A stretch of DNA of 64,000 nucleotides from Eledone cirrhosa (GCA_964016885.1 OZ024743.1:149234001-149298000), one strand, 5' to 3'. Counted from the first letter of the stretch, positions 28,741-43,021 are shown. The notes: generated by a model not told the origin, from the letters alone. Program-made: numbers and translations.

Positions 28741-30254
28741 TTGAAGTATTGCATATCTGGTAGTTTATACTATAGATGCTCTATAGTATAAACTACCAGT
28801 CAAGTACTGGGGTTGATTTAATCAACTTTGCCTTATCCCCAAATTTGCTAACCTTGTGCCTAAATTAGAAATTAATATTTCTTTCTTCAATATATTCCAT
28901 TTCATATAAATCTATTTGAATTTCCCTCTTTTTACTTATCACGGAAACTTATTGAATAAGATGTTTCCTATTTTGGATTTGACTTTTATCATTTCCAATA
29001 TATTCATCATTATCATAATTTAGACAGGTTTTAGATTCACTGATTTTTTCTCACTTTCTGAACGTTTCTGACTGGTAATTCTAGCATGCATAAAGCTCAT
29101 AGCATCAGATCATAGTGTTGGCGATGATGATGATGATGACAACGATGGTGGTGGTTTGGAGAATGGGGTGGGTATATGGACTTCTTTCACTGTAGAGTAA
29201 AGACAGTGTTCAATTTTCAACAATATTGATACCCCAATTAATCTCCCATTGCTAGACTATCCTAAATAGCTGAACACTCTTTTGACATAGTGTTCAATGG
29301 AATATAGTACTCTCTTATATTTTACAGTATTACATTCTATTTCCCTACCATATTATGAAAATAATCGAGAATTTGGTGAAACAGTAGTATAAATAACTTT
29401 CTCATTTTTAAGCTGGCATTTGTAGCATAACATAACACAGACTCCTCATGAAATGTCTATTTTCCATGAACTGGGAGATTTTTTCATAGCATCAGCACTC
29501 CCACCTTAAAAGGTGCTTTTTGTTATGGCACCTTACAGGGTGGATTGGATAATTATGATGTTAAGCTTTTAGATAATATAAACACTTTAAAACAGACAGT
29601 TTTGTATCATAGAACTAGGGGCAGTTCCAAACAATTTGGTATCTAAAGTGTTAATGATTCTTGATTAACCAACCATACAATAGTTTCCCTTATAACTGCC
29701 AGCCATGCATAACAGTTACTCTTATCAACAAATGCCTGTGAAGACACCCAAGAGCTCTGGGCTGTGACCTTCCTCCTCAACACATAGTAATAAATCAAAT
29801 GCTACCTCTTTCATACATACATATAAACACACATACACATACATGGATAGAAGTACATTTAGAACAAAATTAACAACAGTACATTTGCTTGTCTATAGGT
29901 ACATATATATATATATACTTGTATGCATATATATACATATGTGTGTGGTAGACATGTGTATGTGAGTGTGTGACATAGTGATAAATTATACATGGAGCAA
30001 AATAAACAAATGCCAAAAAAATATCGCTGATTTTTTTATCACCTTTTGTGTCTCTATCTATCTATCTATCTATCTATCGATCTAACTAACTATATATCGA
30101 TCTTTCACTCATCACCATCATCATTATTATTTCAAATAATCTCTCCAAGTTCTATTTATTTCTCTATCTAAAAATGCATCTCATTTCAATGGTGACATAA
30201 TATTCTCTGGATGAACAACAGCCTCTCTAATGTTGGTGCCATGATAAAATGCAC

Positions 30255-30720
30255 CCAATACGCCCTGTATTGCAACAAAAGGCTTCTCCCTCAACGGGAA
30301 GGGTAGACTATGATATTTGTGTGTGAACTACAATGTTAAATGGCACCAAGACTTGATGGTAGAGGATCTCTGAAGACTAGACAGAAATGAATTACCTGCA
30401 CCACAGGGAATGTCCTTTTAGTGAACATGTACAATATAGCATGAATGAACTTAGAGAAAAACTTGGTATTAGAGGAATCAAATATAATGTGCAAAAGAGA
30501 ATATTGCACAGGTGTAGACAGGTGATGTTTATGGAAGGTGATAGCTATATAAAGAAATACTGATCTATCACAGAGGATGGGATATGTGAAAGTGGTACTA
30601 GACCCAGGAACACATAAGATGAAAGACTTATCTGAAGAAACTGAACCTTATGATGGAGATGACAAAAGTCTGCAATGATTGGTAATTTGCACTGTTAGAA
30701 ATGACTCATCCACTGACATA
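30255..30720 (+). mobile_element. Highly decayed RTE C-terminal fragment
   Basis: Patchy similarity to the KGFSL..KGRLYD.C....ML.G..TW and ELREKLGIRGI regions of the intact ORF. Confidence 0.65.
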
Positions 30721-31937
30721 AAAGCAAGACACCCAATACACCCCTATTACCTCCATGTTTTCTTCATTTCTACCATACTATTTACTGTTACATTATACTT
30801 TCCTATTCCCTCTTTCACACTACTAAAACACCCTTTTTGCTGCAGGATGTGATGTCTATCTTGCCCATACTCAAGCCCTACAACACCACTCTTTAGTACT
30901 ATTCTCATCAACCCTGTACCCCTTCCAGTCTCTCATATGCCTTCATATGTTTCACCCCACCACACTTGTCATACATCTCTGTTCCATCTTAACTCCCTAC
31001 CTTACACATACACACCTATTTTTACTCTCAAACACTCCTTCCTCCTGGTACCCCTATAAAATGTACTCGGTACCGTTTGACACATATAATCAGTGACAAG
31101 TACAACATAAAGTTGAGAGAGAGAGCTCTTCAATCAAGTCAATGACCTGACAACCTCATAAGTGTTGGTGCCGTGATGAAATGAATCAGTACAGTTTGTA
31201 AAATGGTTGGCTTTAGGAAAAGCATCCAGCCGTAGATACCTTGCTAAGGTGAGACGTGGTATTGTCTTGGTTTGTGATGATACATCCTATGCATTCTAGT
31301 ATGGAAAAATAGACGATAAATAATGATGATGATATATAGAAAATCCAGGAAAGATATGCTGTGGTATGTGTATATATGTCTAGTGCTCAGTTTTAAACTA
31401 GAAGCAAGAAGTATCATGATAAAAGGAACCCAACCAACTCTGCAAAATAATAGAGCTGTAAAGTGTGGCGTCATTGATAAAATCACTCAGACCAACCTGT
31501 CAGGTGGTACCATGAATAATCAAACCTGTTATATGCCATGAAGTAGTTGGTATTAGAAAGAGCATCTAGTTATAGAAAGCATACCACAATGGAATACAGT
31601 CATCTAATCTGCCTGTCAAGCCTCTGCATGGCAACCCACCTAACCCATGAAAGTGTAGAAAACAGTTATGAAACCATAGTGCTGATGATACGCATGATAT
31701 ATATATATATATATGCATATCATCATCATCATCATCATCATCATTTTATGTCCACTTTTCCCTGCTTGCAAGGGTGGGACGCGAACCATTTCGACGGCTA
31801 TTTCTAGTCCAGAAATAGCCGTCGAAACGGCTTCAGCTCTTCCGTCAGGGTCATACTTTTTCCTATTTCCCACTCTACTACCCTAAGTATTGAGTACTAT
31901 GGTCTATCTGGTTCCTTACCACAATTCCTTTGTTATA

Positions 31938-32016
<79 letters not shown>

Positions 32017-32379
32017 TCTGCAATGCTGAGACTGAGGAGATCACTAATCATGTGAGTACTCGATACATGTGGATATGTAGAGTGGGTATAGAGATATGTA
32101 AAATCCTAACGAAGGTGCCAAGGGGTTTTGGCTTGACACACAAGCTGAAACTGCTTGGCATCACGGTCAGAATTTTAGATTCATTATTTATCATTATATG
32201 TATGTATATAATACTGGTTGTTTCTCAACTAGATATATGAAAGAGATGTTTACATTTATCGTTTAAATTTATATATATTTCCTCTCCTTCCTCCTAAGCA
32301 TGATACTAATAAGACTTTGTAGTTTTGCATCTCTGCTGTGTTGTCATTTCTTTAATACTATATATATATATCAATATAT

Positions 32380-32489
<110 letters not shown>

Positions 32490-33932
32490 AGATGGATAGA
32501 AAGATATAGATATATATTATATTATATTATATTATATATATATATATATATATATTGTTTCAAAACATACTTGTCATTTATACTCGCTAAGAATGTAACT
32601 TCTAATTTGAATGGAAGGAGATGGGTGATGTGTTGGTGTAATGGTAGCACAGTGTTCTGGATAACCAAAGATGTGGATTCGACTCCCATGTACGTCAATA
32701 CTCATCTTTTTCCATTTATCTGAGAGTTCTAAATCCCATTATCAGGCTAAAATTTCTTTAGTCAAAAATACGGTAAAAAAGCTATTCTATTTTCTAATTT
32801 TAAACCTGCTCACTGTTTCAAAACATACTTACTTGTCATATATACATATATGTATATGGAAGATTCTGGAGGGGTTGACACACCTCACTGAGTGTGCAAC
32901 TGTGTGTTACCATTTGTTGTTGTGCTACAAAACTAGTCTGGAAACGTTTTGATGCCACCTTGGATATATATATAATAACATCATATTGCACTGGAGACTG
33001 CATATTGCTCCCACATTTTATACAGTTTACTGAATGCCTTTTATCAGCACCTGAGTTGCTGTCATGTCTGAGACACAACTGAAGAGTCCTCTTGACACTT
33101 TTTTAGTAAGTATTCTATAGCTGGATGACTTTCCTATCATCAAATCCTTTACAATGTGTGCTGTGTGAATTTTATATTGCCAGCAACACAAGTAAATTGT
33201 CTTGCCTGAAACATATCTGAAGAAGCCTTTCAATCCTTCATCCATAAAAAGTTAGAATCGTTTCATGAAACCAGTCAAAGTTCTAGATTAGTTTAGAAAA
33301 TAATTGAAACACATTTGAAAATATAGTAAGAAAAAGGTGAATATTTATGAAAGAGTGTGTGTGTATATATATATATATGTATGTATGTGTGTGTGTGTCT
33401 GTATGTCTGTCTGCGTCTGTGTGTTTGTGTGTGTGTATAAATATACATTTAAACTAATAATATATGTAATTCTGTATAAATAAACAATTTGTAAGAGAAA
33501 AAAAAATTAATACCAAATATATACAGAAAATATTTAAGAATGGCTAAAAAAAAGATGAGATGTGAAGAATGATAAAATGAAAAGAGAAAGAAAAAAAAAA
33601 GCATTTTTCTAAATCTATTCACATCAAAACATTCACATTTTCCCAAAAGTTAACCTTCAGGTTACATCTGTCTGCATTTTAGCAAATATTACACAGATCA
33701 AGAAAGATTCAGGCTTTGAAATTAAACATGGATTTCGTCTGAAAAACATGTTTCTCAGTGTGAAGTTAAAAGTAATGTTTTAAAGCCACGACTCGTTCCA
33801 CTTAAGAGACAGTTCTCAATCGGCTGCTTCCTTAAATTACAATCCATTCCTGATTCACTAATATATAAGTCCTACCAGGAAGATGAAAAAATATTATTTT
33901 TAGCAAAATTACATTTATTGATAGTTATGTGC

Positions 33933-33982
<50 letters not shown>

Positions 33983-34122
33983 TGTGTGTGTGCATACATA
34001 TATGTTTATGTATATATATATATAAGTATGTATACGTACATACATATATGTATGTACGTATACATACTTATATATATATATGATGTGTGTGTGCATACAT
34101 ATATATTTATGTATATATATAT

Positions 34123-34830
34123 ATAAGTATGTATACGTACATACATATATGTATACAGCCGCACAGTATTATGTATATATATATATATACATACAGCTCA
34201 GGACATGGCAGCGATAATGAGGGACAGAGACCGCTGGAGAGAACTCGTCCATGGATCTCGGGAATTTTACCCGCCTTAGATAGATATATACATACATGCA
34301 CACATATACACATGTACGTATGGATTCACCGAACATTTATTATATTTAAGTAACAGCCGTACTAAGAGTGAGAAATGAAATTTCGTTTCATTTTTTTCCG
34401 TTTATCGTTTACGGTGCGCCCAGCCGATTAACTCGCTCGATATGAAAATTAGGCTGCTCAGCCGTTAATATGCATAAGGAAAGTATATACTTTCAGACGT
34501 TCAATCATCTGGCAGGAAGGTATACGGTGCTGACGATAGCTAATAAACTGAAGCTAGTACAGCGTTCCTTTGTCAGTGTTGAATAAATGGGCAACGATGG
34601 TTGCTCGACACTGTACGGCTTAGTTCGGGATGTTTGTTTACAAACACACCGAGCATTATAATAAATGTTCGGTTAATCCATACGTACATGTGTATATGTG
34701 TGTATGTATATATATATACATACTACTGTGCGTCAGTATACATATATGTATGTACGTATACATACTTATATTTAAGTAACAGCCGTACTAAGAGTGAGAA
34801 ATGAAATTTCGTTTCATTTTTTCCGTTTAT
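34123..34830 (+). mobile_element. Homologue of the 50271-50794 unit with direct redundancy plus an inverted 5' arm
   Basis: Direct repeats at 34340-34405 and 34766-34830. An inverted arm at 34123-34344 (interrupted by an RTE-like scrap at ~34195-34280) matches 34657-34770. Internal sequence aligns by eye to the minus strand of 50660-50794. Confidence 0.72.
34524..34565 (+). ncRNA. Degenerate hammerhead ribozyme, homologue of 50565-50609
   Basis: acggtg CTGACGA tagctaataaact GAAG ctag TA cagcgt. The core has GAAA>GAAG and stem II is weak; it lies at the equivalent position of a homologous repeat unit. Confidence 0.5.
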
Positions 34831-34890
34831 ATATATATATATATATGTACATATATGTTTATGTATATATATATATATATATACATATAT

Positions 34891-34937
<47 letters not shown>

Positions 34938-35854
34938 TGTTTATATACATATATATATATATACATATATGTTTATGTATATATATATACATATATGTTT
35001 ATATATATATATATACATATATGTTTATATACATATATATATATATACATATATGTTTATGTATATATATATACATATGTTTCAATAACAAATGGAAATA
35101 TACGTACACACATATGTTCTTTTGTCAGAAACATATTTTAGAATATACATAAACAAACGTGATTTCATCTTTCTAGAATCTTTAGCAGGAAATTTTATGA
35201 ATTTTAGATATCAAATATATAAGTTTATTTCCTGCTGATGATTCTCAAATGATGAAACCACTTTTTGCTCCAGAAATTTCTCATATATTTTATGTATTTT
35301 ATGTATATATAGATATACATAAAATATATATTCTTTATAAAGAACAATAATTCTCTACCTTAGTGACATATATCATGTCTTTGATCTAGATTTGAATATA
35401 GCTGATTTCCTCCAGAGACAAAGAGAGACACCAGAACAAACAACTCCAGTATTGGACTGATACTTTGTTCTTTGACCTTAAAAAACGAAAGGAAAAGTTG
35501 ACCTCATTTGGGTTTGAATTCAAAATAATCTAACCGACTCTCTAATAATTTTGCTGTACTGTATTATGCCTTTTCCTTGTCTAATGTGGTAAAATGTTTG
35601 CTTTCCAATTAATATAATTCCCACACACTTCTTTCATCATAAATCTATAATTTTTGTGGAGGATGTTTTTATCACTCTCTAGTGTACTTTTTTTCTATAA
35701 TGAATGGCCGGAGATAAAAGTGCAACTATTGTAGTATGTACGTTTACATGATCTAATGACTCTTGGTATCCTTACAACACATATCAAATTTGATGAAACT
35801 TGTATAAGTTTCAGAAGTAAGTAAAAAATGCATTACAAAGTTCTTAAGAAAAAT

Positions 35855-36680
35855 TTAACAAGCTTTAAGATGCCATATTTTCTCAATTTCAATTGTCATA
35901 TCTTTATTTTTACTGAGCTTTTGGACCTCTTTCAAGGAGATGTTATAATCTGATGGAAGGCTCATGCCAATTAAGAAGCATGTTTTCTTTTTATGGTCCT
36001 TCACAATTATATTATGTCTGTTGGCCTTGATTGTTCTGTCAGCCTTCACAGGGAAATCTCAGAAAATTGTTACGTTCACGCCTCCTGTTACTGCATCTGA
36101 GTGATAGTTGTACCGTTTTTCCTCTGTTTTTATGTCATAAAATCTGCATATTACATGCTCATCACAAAATCGACACTTTCAGTCAGTTCCATTTCTGATC
36201 ACATTGATTTCGAAGTTGCACATTGAAAGACACCAAAATGAAGCCCTCACTCTCTGCGTTTAGCCCATAACTCCATAGCTACTAATGGGTGAGTTTGATC
36301 TACATCAGGCTTTTTGCTACAGAGAACATACTGACCTTGCTTCCATTTAGTGCACAGTTTCCATTGACCTTTATGTTTTGCCAACATTTTGATGTTCTTT
36401 ACAGAATCGCCATGATTTTCAAAATGTATTCCCAATTCTTCCACAAACTTCCTATTTTCCTTTGTGATTGAATGTCACCTCTTCTTTCATTTGTGATCTG
36501 CATCCAATCATCTGTAGTTTTAAAGTATTGTTTGAATCCAGTAGTTGTTATTTTGTATGATATCTCAAGCTGGATCATTCTTCTACCCTCATTTTGTTAA
36601 GGGAGATAGAGTTGATCTACATCTGAATTTAAGTATTGTAGTTTGTTACAGGTCAGAAGCTTCCTGATTTTGGTGTCCAG
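35855..36680 (-). mobile_element. Decayed R4/Dong-like RLE LINE fragment
   Basis: ORF 35855-36049 (DRTIKANRHNIIVKD..CFLIGMSLPSDYNIS) and upstream DTKIRKLLTCN similarity to 11560-12540. Further minus-strand fragments lie at 37180-37310 (3' UTR) and 38177-38250. Confidence 0.8.
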
Positions 36681-37411
36681 TGGATTGGCAGTATCGGTAG
36701 AGAGTCGGACGTCATGCTTTGACGCATAGAATTACGGCCCTTTCCATTCTGAGTTCAAATCCCGCCGAGGTTAACTTTGCCTTTCATCCTTACGGGGTCG
36801 ATAAAATAAAGTACCAGTAATGTACTGAGTATTGCTGGCTTTGTGCCAAAAGTAGAAACAATTATTATTAATATTATTAATATTACTATTATTAGGGGTG
36901 GAGGATTGGCAGTATTGGTAAAGCATCAGACAACATGCTTTATGGTATAAGGTTATGCTCTTTTGTGATTTGAGTTTAATACCTGCTGAGCTTAGCTTTA
37001 CCTTTCATCCTTATGAGGTCAATAAAGTAAAGTACCAGTAACGAACTGAGGTCGATTTAATCGACTTTCCCCTCCCCCAAAATGATTGGCTTTGTGCCTA
37101 TATAAGAAACCATTATCAGTAATGTACTGGGTAATTGCTGGCCTTGTGCCAAAAGTAGAAACAATTATTATTATTACTGTCATTGTTTTTCTTTTTCCTC
37201 CAATATTATTTCTGATATATACCGAGTGTCTTCCTGACACCTAGGGCCAATAAACTCCTTGTATACATGGGTAAGCCAGTTAACACATCACGTTATAATT
37301 TAAAGTTAAAAAAAAATATATATATATATATACATACACACACACACACACACATGTATACATACATATATACTCACACAAACATACACATATAGACATC
37401 CACACACACAC

Positions 37412-37463
<52 letters not shown>

Positions 37464-37465
<2 letters not shown>

Positions 37466-38027
37466 CAATTTTCATAACTTTCTTATTTACGTCTTTCATA
37501 TAATCGTTCTGCATCCCCTTGCATAGAACCACAAAGTTACTAAGACAAAACATATATATTTGCTAACATAGGTATGCATCTGTATACATATGTTGGTAGA
37601 TATACTAATTCTTTATAATTATCTCCAAATTATTTGTTGAGCAAAACTTGCCGAAATTACTACTATGATTAATAGTAGTGGCTAGGCCCTGTCTTAATAG
37701 CACCCCACTCCTCACTGATTAACCTCAGTGTCACGTGATTGATTCTTTTGAATTTTCCACTTGACCAAGTAGGCAGAGAATTTTTCAATGTTTTGGAATC
37801 TAGTCCCCGCTCGCTTTTTTCCATCCACTGAATTATTTTTATATAAGTTCCCAGTGTCCTCGGATTGCCTGGAAGCTTAGCTGAGAATAGACTCCCTGAT
37901 GACGTAAGGCTTCTCTGTGGATACGCTCCGTAACCATATTTATCCCCTTACAGAAACTAATTAGTTGGAGTGAAATTTTAGTAAGTAAGTCAATTTTCAT
38001 AACTTTCTTATTTACGTCTTTCATATA
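37464..38027 (+). mobile_element. Non-coding hammerhead-bearing unit (525-nt period, 39-nt terminal direct repeat) in (TA)n
   Basis: gtcaattttcataactttcttatttacgtctttcatata occurs at 37464-37502 and 37989-38027, with the ribozyme just upstream of the second repeat. Confidence 0.78.
37891..37971 (+). ncRNA. Type I hammerhead ribozyme with long loop II
   Basis: actcc CTGATGA cgtaagg..36 nt..ccttaca GAAA ctaattag TT ggagt. It has a 5-bp stem I, a stem II with a C.A mismatch at the core-proximal pair, a palindromic ACTAATTAGT stem III and a GUU triplet. Confidence 0.78.
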
Positions 38028-38616
38028 TATATATATATATATATACATACACACACAGATACAAATACATACACATACTCATACACATATATACACATAC
38101 ATACACATATATATATATACATATATATAAATAAAAGATATCCATGCACACACACACCCATCCACACATACATACAGGAGGGATATCAATCTTACAGAGA
38201 TAGTGCTCTTCTCAATACGTGTGCAGTACCAGTCAAAACAATTTTTTGCATGTCTATTATTATTATTATCATTATTATTAAATTAAGGGCGGTGGATTGG
38301 CAGTATCGGTAGAGGGTCGGACGCCATGCTTTCCAGCATAGTTACGTCCCTTTACGGTCTGAGTTCAAATCCCGCCGAGGTTAACTTTGCCTTTCATCCT
38401 TACGGACTCGATAAAATAAAGTACCAGTAATGTACTGGGTAATTGATGGCCTTGTGCCAAAAGTGGAAACAATTATTATTAAATTAAATGAGTAGTGGTC
38501 TGGTAAAATCCTTAGAGCATCAGACATAATACCTTGTGGTATTTAGTTATCGTACTTTATGTTCTGAGTTCAAATCCTACCAACATCAAGTTTACCTTTC
38601 ATCCATCAAGGGTTGA

Positions 38617-38812
38617 TCTTCTTCTTGTCGTGTCCACAAGAGTGTCAGTTATAAAGCTTGGCTAGATGTGGTTCCACCACAGCTGAACACATTACTCATT
38701 AAACTCTGCCAAGTCCAATGCTGTGCAGGGGTGTTCTAGCAGGGAACATATCAGGAGGTGCTGTGTAGTCTGTGGTTCAATGTTGCAGTCACACACAACG
38801 TCCCCGTCCTTT
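38617..38812 (-). mobile_element. 3' end of an I-superfamily (Ingi/Vingi/Nimb-like) LINE
   Basis: The minus strand translates VVCDCNIEPQTTQHLLICSLLEHPCTALDL (CCHC knuckle) and ends ggacacgacaagaagaag. Confidence 0.6.
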
Positions 38813-39231
38813 AAATATCCTCATTTTGCAATACCAGGCAAATATTGGGGTAGATTTAATCAACTAACTGCTCCTCTCCAAACAAGTTCTGGCCTTGTAT
38901 CTTATAATAGTAGTAGCAGCTGCAGGAATTTGTTATTTTTATTATAGTTATTTGTTGTTATAAGTAATGGTTAGTATAATTGCTTTTGCTCTTTGTGAAT
39001 GATAACGATGTTTTTGTTGTTACTGTTAATGTTGATGATGTTGTTATTGTTGTTATTTTTTAATGTTTTTTTTATGCTGTAGTTGACCTCGTTGTCCCTA
39101 GTTTCCAAAATAAGGTATGTATGGTGCAAAATTGGCATGGTATTAAATTGATCTTGGTTGTTGTTTGTTGTTGGTGCTGTTTTTAGTAAAGGTGCGAAGA
39201 GCAGATGATGATGATGATGATGATGATGACA

Positions 39232-39275
<44 letters not shown>

Positions 39276-39745
39276 AACTGTAATAAAGAGTGGGAAGGTC
39301 TGGCCTGTGGGTGGTAGCTTAGAATGCAGTAGAGGTACTGGTAGTAGTGGTACAGACTGGAATATGGTGGGGATGAAATGAAGAATTAAGATAGCATTGA
39401 AGTGCACCCAGCTGTGAGTTCCATTAGATGAAGCTTGTTAGTTCTGTTAGATGGGACTTGCTGTTGTTGTTGCTGTCATTAATGTTGTTGTTCTTCATAT
39501 TATTTTGATAGTTGTTGTTTTTGTTATTGCTCTAGTTGTTTTTCAATTGCTGTATTTTCATGTAGATTTTTGTTTTCTTTTAACATTTTTCTATATACAT
39601 AAATGTAGGCTTGTGTGTGTGTGTGTGTTTTTATACCTATATTCACGTACATATGTATATATATGTTTGTATGTATGTATGTATAAACATATATAAAACA
39701 TATATTATATTATTTATTTATGTTCATATTACTACTATATGTATG

Positions 39746-39794
<49 letters not shown>

Positions 39795-40422
39795 CATGCC
39801 TACATTGTTTTGTTCCTCTGTGATTTTGTCAATGTTGTTGTTGTTGTTGTTGATGATGGTGTTAACAGTATGTTGCTTCTGTAAATTACAGATGTGTGAG
39901 CTACATTGCCAGTATAGATACAACACAGTCTAGCACTTACTCTCAATAGTAGTGCAAAAGGTAGGCGCACATGAACAACAGCTACAAGAACCAGCAACAA
40001 CAACAACAACAACAATAACATCAACATCAACAACAACAACAACAACAATAAAAAATTATAATAATAATTGTTTCTACTTTTGGCACAAGGCCAGCAATTA
40101 TCTCAGTGCATTACTGGTACTTTATTTTATCGACTCCGTAAGGATGAAAGGCAAAGTTAACCTCGGCGAGATTCGAACTCAGAATGGCAAGGGCTGTAAC
40201 TATATGCGTCAAAGCATGGCGTCCGACCCTCTACCGATACTGCCAATCCACCGCCATTATAATAATAATTGTTTCTACTTTAGGCACAAGGCCAGCAATG
40301 ACCCAGTACATTACTGGTACTTTATTTTATCGACCCCGTAAGGATGAAAGGCAAAGTCAACCTCGATTTCTTATATTGACCACATGGGCTGAAGACACTG
40401 GAGAAAGTAAACTAAAGAAATG

Positions 40423-40445
40423 ATACTACTACTACTACTACTACG

Positions 40446-40480
<35 letters not shown>

Positions 40481-40530
40481 GACTACTACTACTACTACTA
40501 CTACTACAACCACTACTACTACCACTACTA

Positions 40531-40573
<43 letters not shown>

Positions 40574-40636
40574 GACTACGACTACTACTACTACTACTAC
40601 CACTACCACTACTACTACTACCACTACTACTACTAC
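40423..40636. repeat. (CTA)n microsatellite
   Basis: Direct reading of the sequence. Confidence 0.97.
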
Positions 40637-42417
40637 CGTGACAAAGAAAAAGAAGAGCCACAACAACAACAACAGCAAAAACAATTTTCTCCAATAATAA
40701 AAATAATTATAATATCATTATAAATACAAGAACCAGAACAATAGTTATATCAATAGTAATAATTATGCTATTAATAAGGATAACAACAGTAACAATAATT
40801 TCTAATTTAGGCACAAAGCCAGCAATTTGTGGGAGGGGGGAAATCAATTAAATTAACCCCAGTACTTACTAGCACTTTATTGAACCTAGAATGATAAAAG
40901 GCAAAATTGACCCCACTTGATTTGAATGTAATGAGCCGGATAAAATACTTCTAAGCATTCAACCAATACACCACCCTAGAATTATCTATAACAAAATATA
41001 ATTATATCAACAACACATGAGCAAGAACAATAGAGATATCGATAGTAATAATTATACTAACAATAAGGATAACAGTAACAACAACAATAATCATAATAAT
41101 TGATTCTACTTTTGGTACAAGGCCAGCAATTTAAAGACAAGTTTAAGTTGATTAAATTGATCTCAGTACATTACTGGCACTTTATTTTATTGACCTCGTG
41201 AAGATGAAAGGCAAATCTAACCTTGGCAAAATTGTTGGACTTAGGCCTAAATCAGAAACCATTGTGATGATGATGATCATTATGATAATGACCATCATCA
41301 TCATCACCATTATCATCGTTTTATGTCAATTTTTTTAATATTGCCATGGGCTAGACAGATCTTTTTGAGAAAATGCTTTACAGCTGAATTGCCAATCTTG
41401 ACACCAACCCATTTAGTTGCTTCTTACGATGCTCAGGAATATGATATACCTCTTTTAATCCAGATAAACATGGCATTATATTTACCTAAAATCTTCCATC
41501 ATAATATTATGTAAGAAAGTTTTGTTAGGTCTTAGAATGTGTCAACCCATCCAACACATGCCATCGTGGAAAACGATCATAAAATGATGATGATTTATGT
41601 AAACACACATACGCACGCACACACACACACACATATTTATATGACTGTCTAACAACACAGCTACTTTCTTCCTTTTTCTCATTTCCTTGTTTTTTTTACT
41701 CTCATTAGTCTTCCCTTTTCTTCTCTCTCCCAAACATCCTATCTTTTCTCAGTTTACATCTTTCAATTCTAATGTCCAGAATGTCAAGATGCTGCTCCAA
41801 CTCTATTAAGTGTTAAGCTAACATACCTTTATTGTATTGTATTACTTTCTTCTAAATTGCTTTCTTTTCTTGTTGATATATACAATATATATATATATGT
41901 ATTTAATTATGTCTCATATAAAATAATACAACTGGCTATCCGCAAAATACGTATAGTTAGCACCCCAAACGTATAATTGGGATTATACTAAGGTATATCC
42001 TAATGTTTGTTGAGTGAGACGGAAGCCGGTCGGAGTATTGCTTAAAGCTTTCTCTGTTAATGTATTAAATAATTATATATATATATATTGTTATATATTA
42101 TTATATTTGTGGATTTTCATTTTGCCATTTCACTTTATCCTTATTCTTCTGACAAAGCTCTTTTGTCACACCAATCTATGACCTTCTCAATGACTATCGG
42201 TTTTTTGTGCCTCTTCTTTTTCTGGTCTTACATTTCTATTTCAATTTGTCGTTATGCCACTATTTTGTTTTGTGGTGCAATTTTTCGTTTCTTTTTTGCG
42301 TCTCCACTTTCGTCGGTGTGTGTGTATGCGTTTTTGTGTTTGTGATTGTCATTTCTATATATGTTTTAAATGTGTGTGTGGGTTTTTATCCCCCACACAC
42401 ACTTAAGTTGTTCGCCA

Positions 42418-42735
42418 TTACTATTCCACTCATGTTTTCTGTTCAGGCTGGGTTTATTTTCTATTATGTGGGTGGCATCAGTAATTTGTCTGATTATTAC
42501 ATCAGATCTAAGTATGGATAGGATCTTTGTTTATATTATCTATTGAGCCACTGTGTTCTAATTTGGTATGTTGTTATAGTACTGATGAGCTTTTCAACTT
42601 CTTAAGTTCTCACCAGTGTTCCTTTAATCTCTCTCCTATGCTATGGACTGTTTCTCCTATGTATGTCATTGTCTTATTTTTGCATCGTCCCTCTGTACAC
42701 CATATCCCATAAACTACGTTTCTAGTTCTCCAGTT
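42418..42735 (-). pseudogene. Second Penelope-like GIY-YIG endonuclease remnant
   Basis: Manual minus-strand translation: ENVVYGIWCTEGRCKNKTMTYIGETVHSIGERLKEHW*...HTKLEH, then after a frameshift IRQITDATHIIENKPSLNRKHEW. Not present in the ORF track. Confidence 0.78.
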
Positions 42736-42989
42736 TATCTGTGGGATTTTTATACAGACTTTTTTTTAAACAGAAGAATAAAGATAAAGATAAAGATAAG
42801 GTGCATGTGTTCCATTGGTAAAATTACCATCCCAAAATATAACAATATCGGTTTCAACACATGATTTCAAAACAAGATTCTTGCTGAACATGAATATAAA
42901 CTTTGTTAGCATTCTGAGACAAATAGTACAGTGAAATACTCGTGTTGGTACCAAATCAAGCACTATATATATATATATATAAATATATA

Positions 42990-43021
<32 letters not shown>

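Noticed and set aside
30370-30390. CTGAAGA...GAAA string
   Set aside because: Part of decayed RTE coding sequence, with no stems.
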